Source: Candidatus Poribacteria bacterium (GTDB taxonomy: Bacteria > Poribacteria > WGA-4E > GCA-2687025). From it: 64,000 nt of DNA. Location: contig OY762492.1 in the NCBI GenBank assembly GCA_963665845.2, positions 1,664,001 to 1,728,000 of the forward strand, read 5' to 3'. Below are positions 38,399 to 48,127 of the stretch, in pieces (position 1 is the stretch's first letter; each line of letters opens with the position of its first letter). The notes beneath the pieces are model-generated. The model was not told where the DNA came from. It made no database searches and was given only the letters and a program-made list of their open reading frames with translations. A program made the position numbers and the translations under genes.

Positions 38399-41314
38399 TT
38401 AGACAGCGAAGGGCGCGTCAGGGCGGGACTTGCCGCCGCGGACGGAAGGCTCCGCAGCCCACTTCGTCGACAACTCCCGCGCGGCGGCATAAACCGACTC
38501 ATCCAAACCAAGCAGCTCGCACAGGACAGCGCGGTCCAGATCGGCGCGCGCTTGGTCAAGGTCGGCGATATACGCCGGCTTGAAATCGCGCTCTCGGAAG
38601 CGGTTGAAGATCGCCTCGGCGAGCGACAGCTGATCGTCCGACAAGGCGCGCAGGTCTAGCGTCGGCAACGTTTTGGCGGTTGAGACTGTTATGATGCTTC
38701 GCCCCGGCTGTTGACGACTTCCACGCCACCAGTGCATGAGCAAACCTAGAGAGCTGTTGCCCCAGAGCGCAAAGGCATAGTCAAAACGCTCATCGCCAAA
38801 AATGACGTTCGGCCATGCGCGCCCGCCAATCGTTTTATTCTCGGTGAAGGCGACAGCAAGCGGTTGGGATCCCAACGTAAAATCTAAATTCTGATGACAT
38901 CGGCTGGCTGTTGCCCAGATTTTAGCAGCCTGTATTTCCATGCCTTGCCTCACTTGCAATTCTGAATCGGGTTGACAAACGATTCGCGTTTCTTTTAAGG
39001 CGTCATGGCTCCAAAGCGATGGATAGGTCGCTGTCGGGCTATACGGAAGCTTATCGAACGGACCTAGGGGCGGTTTGCCCGTATCTCGTCCAGGAGAAGG
39101 GCCTGTGATTGCGCGATGAACATAGCCTACTTTTCCGATATGGCTTACCGTTGTTGTTTTCAGCGTGAACGACTCAAGTAAACCTGGCAGCCATAACGTA
39201 GAATTCGTCAGCGCAAAGGCGGCTTGCGCAACCGAATAATCCACAATACGCGAGAGCCCCCAGGCGTCGCCGTCTACGCTGATAGGTCCAAGAAGCGCAT
39301 CGCCCGCTCGTTCACCGCCAATAGACACAGGCGCGCCGCCGTAAGGGCCGTCCTCCAAACGCCTCGCGTTGTCCGCATTTTCCAGATGCTTTGCGATCTC
39401 CGCCGCATGCGCAAAACTCGCTGGCCGTCGGCGTAAAGAAATGAAACGCGCCTCCTGGAACGCATTTTGGACGTGCCGGGCGTTATTTTTGCGGGCGATA
39501 ATTAAGCATTCCGCCATGCCTGTATCTGCAGAAAAAGAAACCTGGTCTGTCCTTTCAGCAGCGATGCTGAGAACGTCTATATCGCTGTACTTCTCGGCGA
39601 ACATCTGTCTCATCTTTTGCCATGACGTTCCAGAAACAGCGGTCAGCGGCAACACGAGAGCCATGACGCCGCCCGGCTTCAGCTTTTGATCGCCCAGCGC
39701 CGCGAACGCCGATCCCATCCCCGCGCTTCCATGGTAGCAGGTCGCTTTACACATCTCTTTCATTTTGTCCCGCATGTCGTTCATGTCCTCTGCAGTGGCG
39801 TTGAACGCCGCAAAAGCGGGATTGATTACATTCGCATGAGCGCCCGCATGATTCGTTGATGTCGTGAACGGCGGATTCATGATGACAAGGTCGAACGACT
39901 CATCCTTCATCTCAACGTTGATGCGCGCCGCCGTCTCTTCGCCGTGTCTGCCAGCGCTTTTGCCGGGGTCGGTCGTGTTGAAGAGTGTGTCGACGCTGCT
40001 GTTCGTCAACAGCTCCAGCGAGCCGAGTTTGACCGTGTTGTCGGCCTGTCTGCCGTAGGGCATTGTGTAGACGCGCGAGTCGCCGTAGTCGATGTCGGGT
40101 CTGGCGCCGGACAGCGTCGCGCTTGTAATATGAACGGCGGACGGCATGACATCGGCGCCGTGCAGTACCTTCTCCATCATGACAGGGTGGAGGTTGTCGA
40201 GCGTTCCGCCGGCGCGTTCATGGAGCGCGGCGATTCGGTCGTAGACGGCGGAGAGCAGCGCGCCCGTTCCGCATGCGAAGTCGGCGATCTTGAGCCGTTC
40301 TATCGATTCGCGGAATTTCCATTCGACGCCGCGCAGTTTGCCGACAGCGAGCCTTGCAAGCAGGGCGGCGGAATAGGGGCGCGTGTAGAAGGTGGCGAGG
40401 TATTTGCGGTCGGAGATAAGCCGCTGAAAGACGCGCCCTGTCAGCTCATGCGCGTTCGTCATATGGGCGCCTTGAGCGGCGCGCCGCAGCGCGAACAGGA
40501 GGTTTTTGGCAAGGTCGGACGGCAGCCGCGTCAAGATGTCTTTTGCGATGGCGAAGATCGGGTAGTAGTTGATGTCGAGTATCTGTTTCCACATCTCCAG
40601 CATGGCGCTTTGCGGGTTGAGCGCGCCGCAAACCAGCTCAAGGGGGCGGATGCCGTCCTGCATGCTGGCGATGCGTTCATGAAACGTGAGCGCGTTGGCG
40701 AGGATGGCGCATGCCATGCGGCGCGTTTGCGGCACGTTCGACATGCTGAGCAGGCGCGCCGTTTCTTTGGAGATTTCGGGGCGTGTTTGGGCGTCTTCGT
40801 CCATGACGACAGCGGCGGTTTCGATGCCGCTTTCCAACGCTTCGGCGGCTCTGTCCACCTCTTTTTGCGGTACGGAGATCATGCGAACCATGTCGGACAG
40901 ATCCTCCGCCGTTCCTTCCAGCCATCCGGTTTCGGGAAAGCGTATCGACAAGCGCGCGTCTTCTTGAAAGAAGCAATACTTCAGCGCGGCTTGACGCAGC
41001 TCCGCCTTGACGCTGTCGGCCGTTTTCAGCGTTTCTGGATAGATCAGCGCGACGACCGCCTCGACAGGGCGATTCTGTCCTTCCGGTCGGGCGCCGAGGC
41101 GCTGCATGGCGTCCTCTTCGACGGTCCGCGCGGGTTCATATTCCGCCTCGATGATGACGGGGGATCGTCCGCTTGCCGCGATCAGTATGTCGGGTCTCCG
41201 CGCTTTGTCGCGCAGTACATCGGTGTTTTCCGCTTTCATGACGCTCTTCGGCGCCATCTCCTGTAGGATGTCGGCGAGGGCGCTGTTCAGGTTCGTTTCG
41301 GCGTGGCGCGCCAT
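38399..41314 (-). CDS. Single-chain restriction-modification-like enzyme (N-terminal nuclease-like domain + N6-MTase + TRD)
   Basis: RPDILI...IIEAE, FYTRP, ADFACGTGALL, VIMNPPF. Confidence 0.8.
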   Translation of the reverse strand: MARHAETNLNSALADILQEMAPKSVMKAENTDVLRDKARRPDILIAASGRSPVIIEAEYEPARTVEEDAMQRLGARPEGQNRPVEAVVALIYPETLKTADSVKAELRQAALKYCFFQEDARLSIRFPETGWLEGTAEDLSDMVRMISVPQKEVDRAAEALESGIETAAVVMDEDAQTRPEISKETARLLSMSNVPQTRRMACAILANALTFHERIASMQDGIRPLELVCGALNPQSAMLEMWKQILDINYYPIFAIAKDILTRLPSDLAKNLLFALRRAAQGAHMTNAHELTGRVFQRLISDRKYLATFYTRPYSAALLARLAVGKLRGVEWKFRESIERLKIADFACGTGALLSAVYDRIAALHERAGGTLDNLHPVMMEKVLHGADVMPSAVHITSATLSGARPDIDYGDSRVYTMPYGRQADNTVKLGSLELLTNSSVDTLFNTTDPGKSAGRHGEETAARINVEMKDESFDLVIMNPPFTTSTNHAGAHANVINPAFAAFNATAEDMNDMRDKMKEMCKATCYHGSAGMGSAFAALGDQKLKPGGVMALVLPLTAVSGTSWQKMRQMFAEKYSDIDVLSIAAERTDQVSFSADTGMAECLIIARKNNARHVQNAFQEARFISLRRRPASFAHAAEIAKHLENADNARRLEDGPYGGAPVSIGGERAGDALLGPISVDGDAWGLSRIVDYSVAQAAFALTNSTLWLPGLLESFTLKTTTVSHIGKVGYVHRAITGPSPGRDTGKPPLGPFDKLPYSPTATYPSLWSHDALKETRIVCQPDSELQVRQGMEIQAAKIWATASRCHQNLDFTLGSQPLAVAFTENKTIGGRAWPNVIFGDERFDYAFALWGNSSLGLLMHWWRGSRQQPGRSIITVSTAKTLPTLDLRALSDDQLSLAEAIFNRFRERDFKPAYIADLDQARADLDRAVLCELLGLDESVYAAARELSTKWAAEPSVRGGKSRPDAPFAV

Positions 41315-41397
41315 GCGTTTCTCCGCGTTGTCTGCGTTTGCCTGCGGTAAAATATGCGTCTTTTGCGCCGTTTCGTCAAGGGCGAACGTTCTGGACT

Positions 41398-41565
41398 CTG
41401 ACCTAACGTCTTAAGTTGGGACATGTCGGCATGCGAACGCGGACGTCTTCTGCGGCGCCTCTGGATTCCCGCTTACGCGGGAATGACGGTTTGGTTGGCG
41501 ACGCCTTTTTCCCATGAATAAAGGCTCTGCGCGTCTAACTGTCCCAACTTTATGCATGAGGTCAG
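41398..41565 (+). mobile_element. MITE-like element family C
   Basis: TIRs plus internal hairpin; near-identical to 49899-50066. Confidence 0.75.
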
Positions 41566-41598
41566 GGCTGGGGGGATTTCTGGACTCCCCCTTGAAAA

Positions 41599-42620
41599 GG
41601 GGACTACTTACTTAACTAACCTCGCGTTTTGCGCTAGTATACATGCTAGTCATGGCACAAGGAGCGATCCGATGCAGTTTAGCAGCCTTTACGATTTATT
41701 CGAGCAGATTCCAAACGAGAAAGCAGCCGCGCGGTTCTTTGAGCAGCATCGCTGGCCGGACGGCAGATGCTGTCCCAAATGCGACTCCAAAAACACGATG
41801 CGCGTCCAAAATGCGAAACCGATGCCGTTCCGATGCCGAACCTGCCGCAAGCATTTTAGCGTCCGGACCGAAACCTTGATGGCGAGCAGCAGGCTCGCGC
41901 TGCGCAAGTGGGTCCTAGCGATTTACCTGATGCATACCTCGCGCATGGGCATCTCCAGCGTTGAGATGGCAAAGCAGATCGGAACGACGCAGAAGACGGC
42001 ATGGTCCCTAGGCCACCGCATTCGAGCCGCAATGGTGAGCGACGACGAAATGCTGAGCGGCATCGTGGAGGCGGACGAGACCTACATCGGCGGCATCGAG
42101 ACAAAAAAGCATCGCAGGAAAAAGCTGGGCGTCGGAAGCGGAACCAGCGGGAAGCAGCCTGTGATGGGCATGCGTCAAAGAAACGGCGAGATCCGCGCAT
42201 TTCTGCTGGACAATGAGCTCAAGAAAACGCTGCAGGATGCTGTAAGGGCGAACGTGGCGTCCGGTTCGTCCCTTTATACCGACGCTCTTTCGTCTTACCA
42301 GGGCATGCTGGAATACAGGCATGCCTATGTCTCGCATCAGAAAGGCGAGTATGTTCGCGGCGATGTTCACACCAACAGCATCGAGTCGTTCTGGGCCGTG
42401 CTGAAACGCGGGTATCGCGGCGTTTACCATTTCATGTCGTTTAAACATCTGGGTCGCTACGTCAGCGAATTTGTGTATCGTTTCAATGTTGGCGTCGACA
42501 ACAGCTTGGACACGATCGGCAAGCTGATTCCGCGCATGGTTGGCAAATGCCTTACTTACGCGGAGCTGAAAGGAGAAGGCGGCGTAAACGACAGCAAATG
42601 GCTATCTAGGGATATAGGCC
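41599..42620 (+). mobile_element. IS1595-family element with the right end apparently lost
   Basis: Begins GGGGACTACTTAC straight after CTTGAAAA; no matching right TIR or TSD seen; right boundary approximate. Confidence 0.75.
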
Positions 42621-42838
42621 CCCACGCAAGCGGGAATCTTAAGGCATCGCAGCCGCCGCGCCCGTCCTTTAAACCCCCTGGTTCCCCCTTTTCAAGGGGA
42701 ATACTGCTTAGTCGCTTTTCAAGACTCCCCATCGGACAGCGAGCTTGCCCCTGGATTCAACCGACAAGAAGGCGCGCGCGTCGTCTTCCATCTCGGCGCG
42801 CGTCAAGGATGCGTTGTAGATGCGCAGCTCTTCGATGA
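41672..42838 (+). CDS. IS1595 transposase (homology ends near 42570; the ORF reads on into flanking DNA)
   Basis: CPKC..CRTC, VEADETY, LYTD, HTNSIESFW; paralog of 24407. Confidence 0.88.
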   Translation: MQFSSLYDLFEQIPNEKAAARFFEQHRWPDGRCCPKCDSKNTMRVQNAKPMPFRCRTCRKHFSVRTETLMASSRLALRKWVLAIYLMHTSRMGISSVEMAKQIGTTQKTAWSLGHRIRAAMVSDDEMLSGIVEADETYIGGIETKKHRRKKLGVGSGTSGKQPVMGMRQRNGEIRAFLLDNELKKTLQDAVRANVASGSSLYTDALSSYQGMLEYRHAYVSHQKGEYVRGDVHTNSIESFWAVLKRGYRGVYHFMSFKHLGRYVSEFVYRFNVGVDNSLDTIGKLIPRMVGKCLTYAELKGEGGVNDSKWLSRDIGPHASGNLKASQPPRPSFKPPGSPFSRGILLSRFSRLPIGQRACPWIQPTRRRARRLPSRRASRMRCRCAALR

Positions 42839-43508
42839 CGCCTCCAAAATGGTCGGTGAGGCTGCCGGCTCCGCCGTTGTCATGAAAGACGACGTTTTGA
42901 ACGACAGCTCCGATGCCGTTGTCGTCCCCATGGGCATGGAGCTGTCCGCCCGAACGCTTTTCGACAAGCGAGCCGTCCAGCCACATCTCAAACTTTCCGT
43001 TTTCAACCTCCCCCTTGGCGTCTCGAATGAGAAGCGCGACATGGTGCCATCGGTTCGACTGTACCGCCGCGCTGATCCATTCGCCCTGCCAATTATACTC
43101 CGCGCGGTTCCATGCGCCGACATAGACCTCGCCGCCGAAGACGTAGATGACGGCTCCGCGTGTTCGTCCGCCCTCTTCAAAGATCACCTGCTTGCGGCTT
43201 GAAATGCTGGCGTCGTCCACTTTAAAGATGGCGACGATGGTGCGTCTCGGAAACGGACCGGTCGTATTGATGAGCGGCGAGTCGGGCGCTCTGAGATAGC
43301 CGCTTTTGCCGTCCAGCAGAGCGCCTCCGTCGACAGGCGTCGCTGTCCAGTCGACGCCGTGGACTGTCGCGTGGACTTTGTCCTTTTGGGAGTCGTTTCC
43401 GAGGTCGCCTTTGTCGTTGAACAGCCACTCAATGTCCGGCGTCGCCGCCGGGAGAACAGTCGCGGCGGCAAACCACAGAGCCGCCGCGCAGAACATCGCC
43501 CTCCGCAT
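42708..43508 (-). CDS. Secreted LamG/concanavalin-like domain protein
   Basis: Signal peptide, WHHVA, FGGVIEELRIYNASL, C-terminal VESRGKLAVRWGVLK. Confidence 0.85.
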   Translation of the reverse strand: MRRAMFCAAALWFAAATVLPAATPDIEWLFNDKGDLGNDSQKDKVHATVHGVDWTATPVDGGALLDGKSGYLRAPDSPLINTTGPFPRRTIVAIFKVDDASISSRKQVIFEEGGRTRGAVIYVFGGEVYVGAWNRAEYNWQGEWISAAVQSNRWHHVALLIRDAKGEVENGKFEMWLDGSLVEKRSGGQLHAHGDDNGIGAVVQNVVFHDNGGAGSLTDHFGGVIEELRIYNASLTRAEMEDDARAFLSVESRGKLAVRWGVLKSD

Positions 43509-43579
43509 GCGTTTTCTCCTTTCTATGCTGCGAAGGGTCGGGGCGCCGTTGGCGGTACCCCGACCTTTCAGACTGCGCC

Positions 43580-44389
43580 TTATCGATTCGATTTGAGCGA
43601 ACCCCATTGAAGGGCGAGTTTACCGGCAGGATCCACAGAGGTGGCGCGCTGCATGAGCGCCTCTGGGAGCAGGGCGACGTTCCAGACGCTGATTTCGTCG
43701 ATTTCGCCGGCGAAATAGTCGCGGTTGGTGCCGCTTCCGTCGTCGTCATGGAACACGGTATTCTGGTTCGTGTGTCCGACGCCGGTGTCGTCGCCATGGG
43801 CGAAGAGCTGCCCGCCGGGGAGCGAGGCGACCAGTTCGCCGTCCGCCCACATTTCAAATCGGTTCTCTTCAACGGCGTTGATCGCGTCTCGGATCACAAA
43901 CGCGGCGGCGTGCCACTGGTTGTTCCGGACGGGAGCCATCGGGAATTCGCCCGCCCATTGATACTCGGCGCGGTTCCATGCCGCGACATACACGTGTCCA
44001 TCGAACACATAGATGACGGCTCCGCGCGTTCGTCCGCCTTCATCGAAGATGACCTGTTTGGTGTCGCTGTTGTTGGCGTCGGTCGGTTTGAAGATCGCCA
44101 CAACGGTGCGGTTCAGAAACGGGCCGGTGGTGTTGATGAGCGGGGAGTCGGGAAATTTGACGCCGGCAGAAACGCCGTCGAAGATCATGGTTCCGTTGCC
44201 CCAGGCGTAGTCGCCGGACGCTGTGCCATGGACTTCGCCGATAGAGTCGCTGACGACATCGCCTTCGCCTTCGTCAAAGAGCCACGAGACATCGGGGTCG
44301 GGGATTCCGACGCCGGCAGCCGCCGTCCCCGCCCAGAGCAGAGCCGCCGCAACAGCAGCCAGCGGCAACCATTGAGACCTGTAAAACAT
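43580..44389 (-). CDS. Secreted LamG domain protein, tandem paralog
   Basis: WLFDEGEG, FAGEIDEISVWNVAL, C-terminal VDPAGKLALQWGSLK. Confidence 0.85.
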   Translation of the reverse strand: MFYRSQWLPLAAVAAALLWAGTAAAGVGIPDPDVSWLFDEGEGDVVSDSIGEVHGTASGDYAWGNGTMIFDGVSAGVKFPDSPLINTTGPFLNRTVVAIFKPTDANNSDTKQVIFDEGGRTRGAVIYVFDGHVYVAAWNRAEYQWAGEFPMAPVRNNQWHAAAFVIRDAINAVEENRFEMWADGELVASLPGGQLFAHGDDTGVGHTNQNTVFHDDDGSGTNRDYFAGEIDEISVWNVALLPEALMQRATSVDPAGKLALQWGSLKSNR

Positions 44390-44689
44390 AAACGCCTCCT
44401 TCAAAAGTTGAGATTGACGCGCCCAGTATAGCGCATTTTTCAAAAATAACATACAGGCATAAAACATTATGCCATCGATTCCCGATCAGCGCAACCGGCG
44501 CGTCCATTTGGAAGTCTCTACAAGCGATGACGTTCATTTTTGCGCGGCAGCCCGCCGATCCAAACCGTCATTCCCGCGCAAGCGGGAATCCAGAGTTTTT
44601 CCAGACAGCCTCCGCATTCTAAAACGACGCTCTAAAAATCGAAATCATCGTCTATAGAGACTGCCGTCCATTTGGGACATTTGTAGAAT

Positions 44690-44970
44690 TTTATTTGACG
44701 GGTATTTGATTGAGGACGCGCCGAAACAGGTGGATACGCCCCAAAAGCCGCTCATAGCCTAGCTTCCTTTTATTTGACGGGTATTTGATCGAAGACCCGC
44801 CAAAACGGACGGACACGCCTCAAAAGCCGCTAACGGCGCAGGTTCATGCCTATTGACGGGCTATTGATCGAAGACCCTCCAAAACGGACGGACACGCCTC
44901 AAAAGCCGCTAACGGCGCAGGTTCATGCCTATTGACAGGTATTTGATCGAAGACGCCAAAACGGACGAAT
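44690..44970. repeat. 79-bp tandem repeat, about 3.5 copies
   Basis: TTGAC anchors at 44695, 44774, 44853, 44932. Confidence 0.9.
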
Positions 44971-45887
44971 CAACCTCTTCTGCGCCCGTAAACAACCCGC
45001 TCAACCCCAGCCGTATCCAGCGCCGTCTCCGCCGATTCAAACAGCGTGGACGCCTCAAACAGCGCGAGCGCCTGCTCCGCCTGACCCTTCCCCACCTCAA
45101 ACGCCGCAAATCCGCCCGGCTTTAAAAACGCCCCGACGCCTGAAATGAACGGACGCAGCGCCGCGAACCCGTCCGCCCCGCCGTCCAGCGCCTCGCGCGG
45201 CTCATACAAACGCGACTCCGGCGGAAGACGCTCCAGATCTGCCGTCCGAACATACGGCGGATTCGACACGATCGCATCGAACCGCTCACCCGCATGAAAA
45301 ACGGAGAGGCCGTCCCCCAAACGAAACTCCATGCATCCGCCGACGCCCGCCGATTCAGCGTTGCGTCTTGCCGTCTCCAGCGCCGCCTCGTAGATGTCGG
45401 TTGAGACGACCGCCGCGCCGTCCTTTTGAAGCGCATGCGCCAGCGCGATCCCTATTGCCCCGCTCCCGCAGCCGATGTCCGCCAGCATGACGCGCTCCTC
45501 GGTTCCGTTCTCGGCAACCTTGAGGCTTTTTCGCTCCTCCGAGCGCAGCCGCTCCAGCGCCAGTTCGACCAGCGTCTCCGTCTCTGGGCGCGGAATGAGC
45601 GTCCCGCGGTTCACCTCAAAGGAGAGCGACATGAACTCGCGCCGACCCGTCAAATAGGCGACCGGCTCCCGCGCATGGCGGCGCTGCACCAGCTCCCGAT
45701 AGGCGTCCAAAGCCCGCCCCGACACCGCATATTCATAGTTGAGATAGAGCCACATGCGGTTCTGGTTCAGCGCATGCGCGAGAAGCAGCTCGGCGTCCAA
45801 ACGGGGGGAGGGGATGCCGGCGCGTTCAAAGTAACCCGCCGTCCATTCGATCAGCTCTAGCGCCTTCCATGTTTTTTGAGCGCTCAT
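44970..45887 (-). CDS. prmC: Release factor glutamine methyltransferase
   Basis: REPVAYL, LIPRPETE, DIGCGSG, SNPPY. Confidence 0.96.
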   Translation of the reverse strand: MSAQKTWKALELIEWTAGYFERAGIPSPRLDAELLLAHALNQNRMWLYLNYEYAVSGRALDAYRELVQRRHAREPVAYLTGRREFMSLSFEVNRGTLIPRPETETLVELALERLRSEERKSLKVAENGTEERVMLADIGCGSGAIGIALAHALQKDGAAVVSTDIYEAALETARRNAESAGVGGCMEFRLGDGLSVFHAGERFDAIVSNPPYVRTADLERLPPESRLYEPREALDGGADGFAALRPFISGVGAFLKPGGFAAFEVGKGQAEQALALFEASTLFESAETALDTAGVERVVYGRRRG

Positions 45888-45924
45888 TCGGTTACGCCTA
45901 CGATGACGTTGAGTCTAAGATTCC

Positions 45925-46078
45925 CTGACCTCATGTCTTTAGTTGGGACATGCCGGCGGGCGGACGCGGACGTCGTCTGCGGCGCCTCTGGATTCCCGCT
46001 TGCGCGGGAATGACGGCGGGACATGCGGGAATGACGGTGGGGCATGCGGGAATGACGGCGGGGCATGCGGGAATGACG
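45925..46078. repeat. Partial family C element followed by four 21-bp units GCGGGAATGACGGCGGGRCAT
   Basis: Read directly; similar half-palindrome amplification at 62970-63065. Confidence 0.75.
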
Positions 46079-46107
46079 TTTGGAAAGGCGCCATGTTTTT
46101 TGAAAGC

Positions 46108-47190
46108 TCATTCGGTCAATGTGGACTGCAGCTTCGCCGTTTGATCCGCCTCAATCAACGGGTCGATGAGCGCGTCCAAGCCCCCGTCTAAGATCGTCTC
46201 CAGCTGATACAACGTCAAGCCGATGCGGTGGTCGGTGACCCGCCGTTCCAAGAAATTATAGGTGCGTATCTTTTCGCTGCGGTCTCCGGAGCCGACCATC
46301 AACTTGCGGGCGTCGGTGCGTTCGGCGTTCTGCTCGCGCATTTTATGGTCGTAAAGCCGCGCGAGGAGCGCCTTTTCTGCCTTCGCCCGATTTTTATGCT
46401 GCGAACGCTCATCCCGGCAAACGACGACGATGCCGGTCGGAACATGCGTCAAGCGCACCGCCGAGTCGGTCATATTCGCGTGTTGACCGCCCGGTCCGCC
46501 GGAACGAAAACGCTCCATCTTCACATCGTTCGGGTCCAGGTCCACATCGACCGCCTCCGCCTCCGGCAGCGCCGCAACCGTGACCGCGGAGGTGTGGATG
46601 CGTCCGCTCGACTCGGTTTCAGGGACGCGCTGAACGCGGTGAATGCCGCTCTCAAACTTCAGACGGCTATAGACGCGCTCGCCCGATACGGACACAATCG
46701 CCTCCCGAAAACCGCCCAGCTCCGTTTCGTTGGAGCTGACCGTCTCGACCGCCCATCCGATCCGCTCGGCGTAACGGGCGTACATTCGAAGCAGGTCCGC
46801 CGCGAAGAGCGCCGCTTCCAGCCCGCCCGTGCCAGACCGAATTTCCAGCATGATGTTCTTGTCGTCGTTCGCGTCTTTTGGCAAAAAAAGCGTCTTCAGC
46901 CGAAGCTCCAGCGTTTCCACCGCCGCCGCCATCTCCGCCGCCTCCGCCTGCGCAAGCGCCTGCCACTCCTCGCTGTCGTCCAGTTCGAGAGCCTCGCGCG
47001 CCTGTTGAAGCCCCTCCAGCGCCTTTTCATACTCGGCGCCGGTTTCCACAATCGGCTCCAGCTCCGCCCGCAGTTTGCCGAGCCGTTCCGCTTCGCCCTG
47101 CTGCGCATACACCTTCGGGTCGGACAGCTGCGCCTCAACCTCCTGAAAACGCGCCGCCGCGTCGGACAATTTTTCTTTAAGAAACGACAC
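46108..47190 (-). CDS. prfA: Peptide chain release factor 1
   Basis: PET motif, GGQ motif, adjacent to prmC. Confidence 0.97.
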   Translation of the reverse strand: MSFLKEKLSDAAARFQEVEAQLSDPKVYAQQGEAERLGKLRAELEPIVETGAEYEKALEGLQQAREALELDDSEEWQALAQAEAAEMAAAVETLELRLKTLFLPKDANDDKNIMLEIRSGTGGLEAALFAADLLRMYARYAERIGWAVETVSSNETELGGFREAIVSVSGERVYSRLKFESGIHRVQRVPETESSGRIHTSAVTVAALPEAEAVDVDLDPNDVKMERFRSGGPGGQHANMTDSAVRLTHVPTGIVVVCRDERSQHKNRAKAEKALLARLYDHKMREQNAERTDARKLMVGSGDRSEKIRTYNFLERRVTDHRIGLTLYQLETILDGGLDALIDPLIEADQTAKLQSTLTE

Positions 47191-47854
47191 GCGGCTCGCT
47201 CCAGATCAGATAGCTCAATCCGACCGCCGCAGCGCCTAGCACGACATAGATCGTGTTCCATCCCAGCGCCGCCATGGCGATGAATGAAAGCGCAAACACC
47301 GCCAGCGCGCGCCAGTCCGAAAGCAGATAGTCCTCCTTGCCGCTCATCATGCGCATTCCGACCAGCAGGAGAACCGCGCCCACGGCGACCGCGCACAGCG
47401 GCAGCAAGTGACTCCACAGGTTTTGCCCCTTAGGAAACGTGACGCCCGTATAGCCCAAAAACGCTTCCAGCAGGATCGCCAGCACCGCCGGCTTGATGCC
47501 TTTCACTGCGGACTTCAGCCCTGTCACGAGCTTGCCGACAAAGCCTTCGCCGCCGCCCTGATACATCAGCGCCGCCGCTAGCGCTGTCATTCCCGCGGCG
47601 GACGGCAACAGGTACGCCGTCACCGCCACCGCCGCGCCCAGAACGCCCGCCACCTCATAGCCTGTATAAACGACCACCTTCGGCGCGATGGGACCGGGCA
47701 GCGCGTTCCCGACCGCCCATCCGTCCTGAAACTGCTCCGGCGACAGCCATTCCTGCTTATCCACAATCTCTTTCTGCATGGCTTGCGCGAGCGCATGCCC
47801 AGAGCCGAAGATAAAGGTACCCATCTTCAAAAATGTAAGAAAAAGAGATAGCAC
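47177..47854 (-). CDS. Chromate transporter (single-domain ChrA family)
   Basis: FLKMGTFIFGSG, WLSPEQF, LPGPI. Confidence 0.85.
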   Translation of the reverse strand: MLSLFLTFLKMGTFIFGSGHALAQAMQKEIVDKQEWLSPEQFQDGWAVGNALPGPIAPKVVVYTGYEVAGVLGAAVAVTAYLLPSAAGMTALAAALMYQGGGEGFVGKLVTGLKSAVKGIKPAVLAILLEAFLGYTGVTFPKGQNLWSHLLPLCAVAVGAVLLLVGMRMMSGKEDYLLSDWRALAVFALSFIAMAALGWNTIYVVLGAAAVGLSYLIWSEPRVVS

Positions 47855-47896
47855 AACAGCCGCCTTTCTTTCCGTTCCTGTTTTCTGACAGGCAGG

Positions 47897-48124
47897 CTAC
47901 GAGGATTCCTGCGCTTGACGTTCGCGGAAGCGGCGGTATTTCTGTTCAAACTTCTCCACGCGCCCCTCTGTGTCAACGACGCGCCGCTGCCCCGTGAAAA
48001 ACGGATGGCAACTGGCGCAGATCTCCACGCGCGTGTTGCCCGCCGTCGAGATGGTCTTGTACGAGGCGCCGCATACGCACTGGATTTCCGCCTCGTTCAC
48101 CTCTGGATGGATTCCTTTTTTCAT
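47897..48124 (-). CDS. rpmE: 50S ribosomal protein L31
   Basis: MKKGIHP, CxCG, CASCHPFFTG, GRVEKF. Confidence 0.97.
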   Translation of the reverse strand: MKKGIHPEVNEAEIQCVCGASYKTISTAGNTRVEICASCHPFFTGQRRVVDTEGRVEKFEQKYRRFRERQAQESS

Positions 48125-48127
48125 TGA

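Noticed and set aside
42570-42838. C-terminal extension of the second transposase
   Set aside because: Read-through into REP repeats and the convergent LamG gene after loss of the IS right end.
44690-44970. CRISPR array
   Set aside because: The whole 79-bp unit repeats with no unique spacers, and there are no cas genes.
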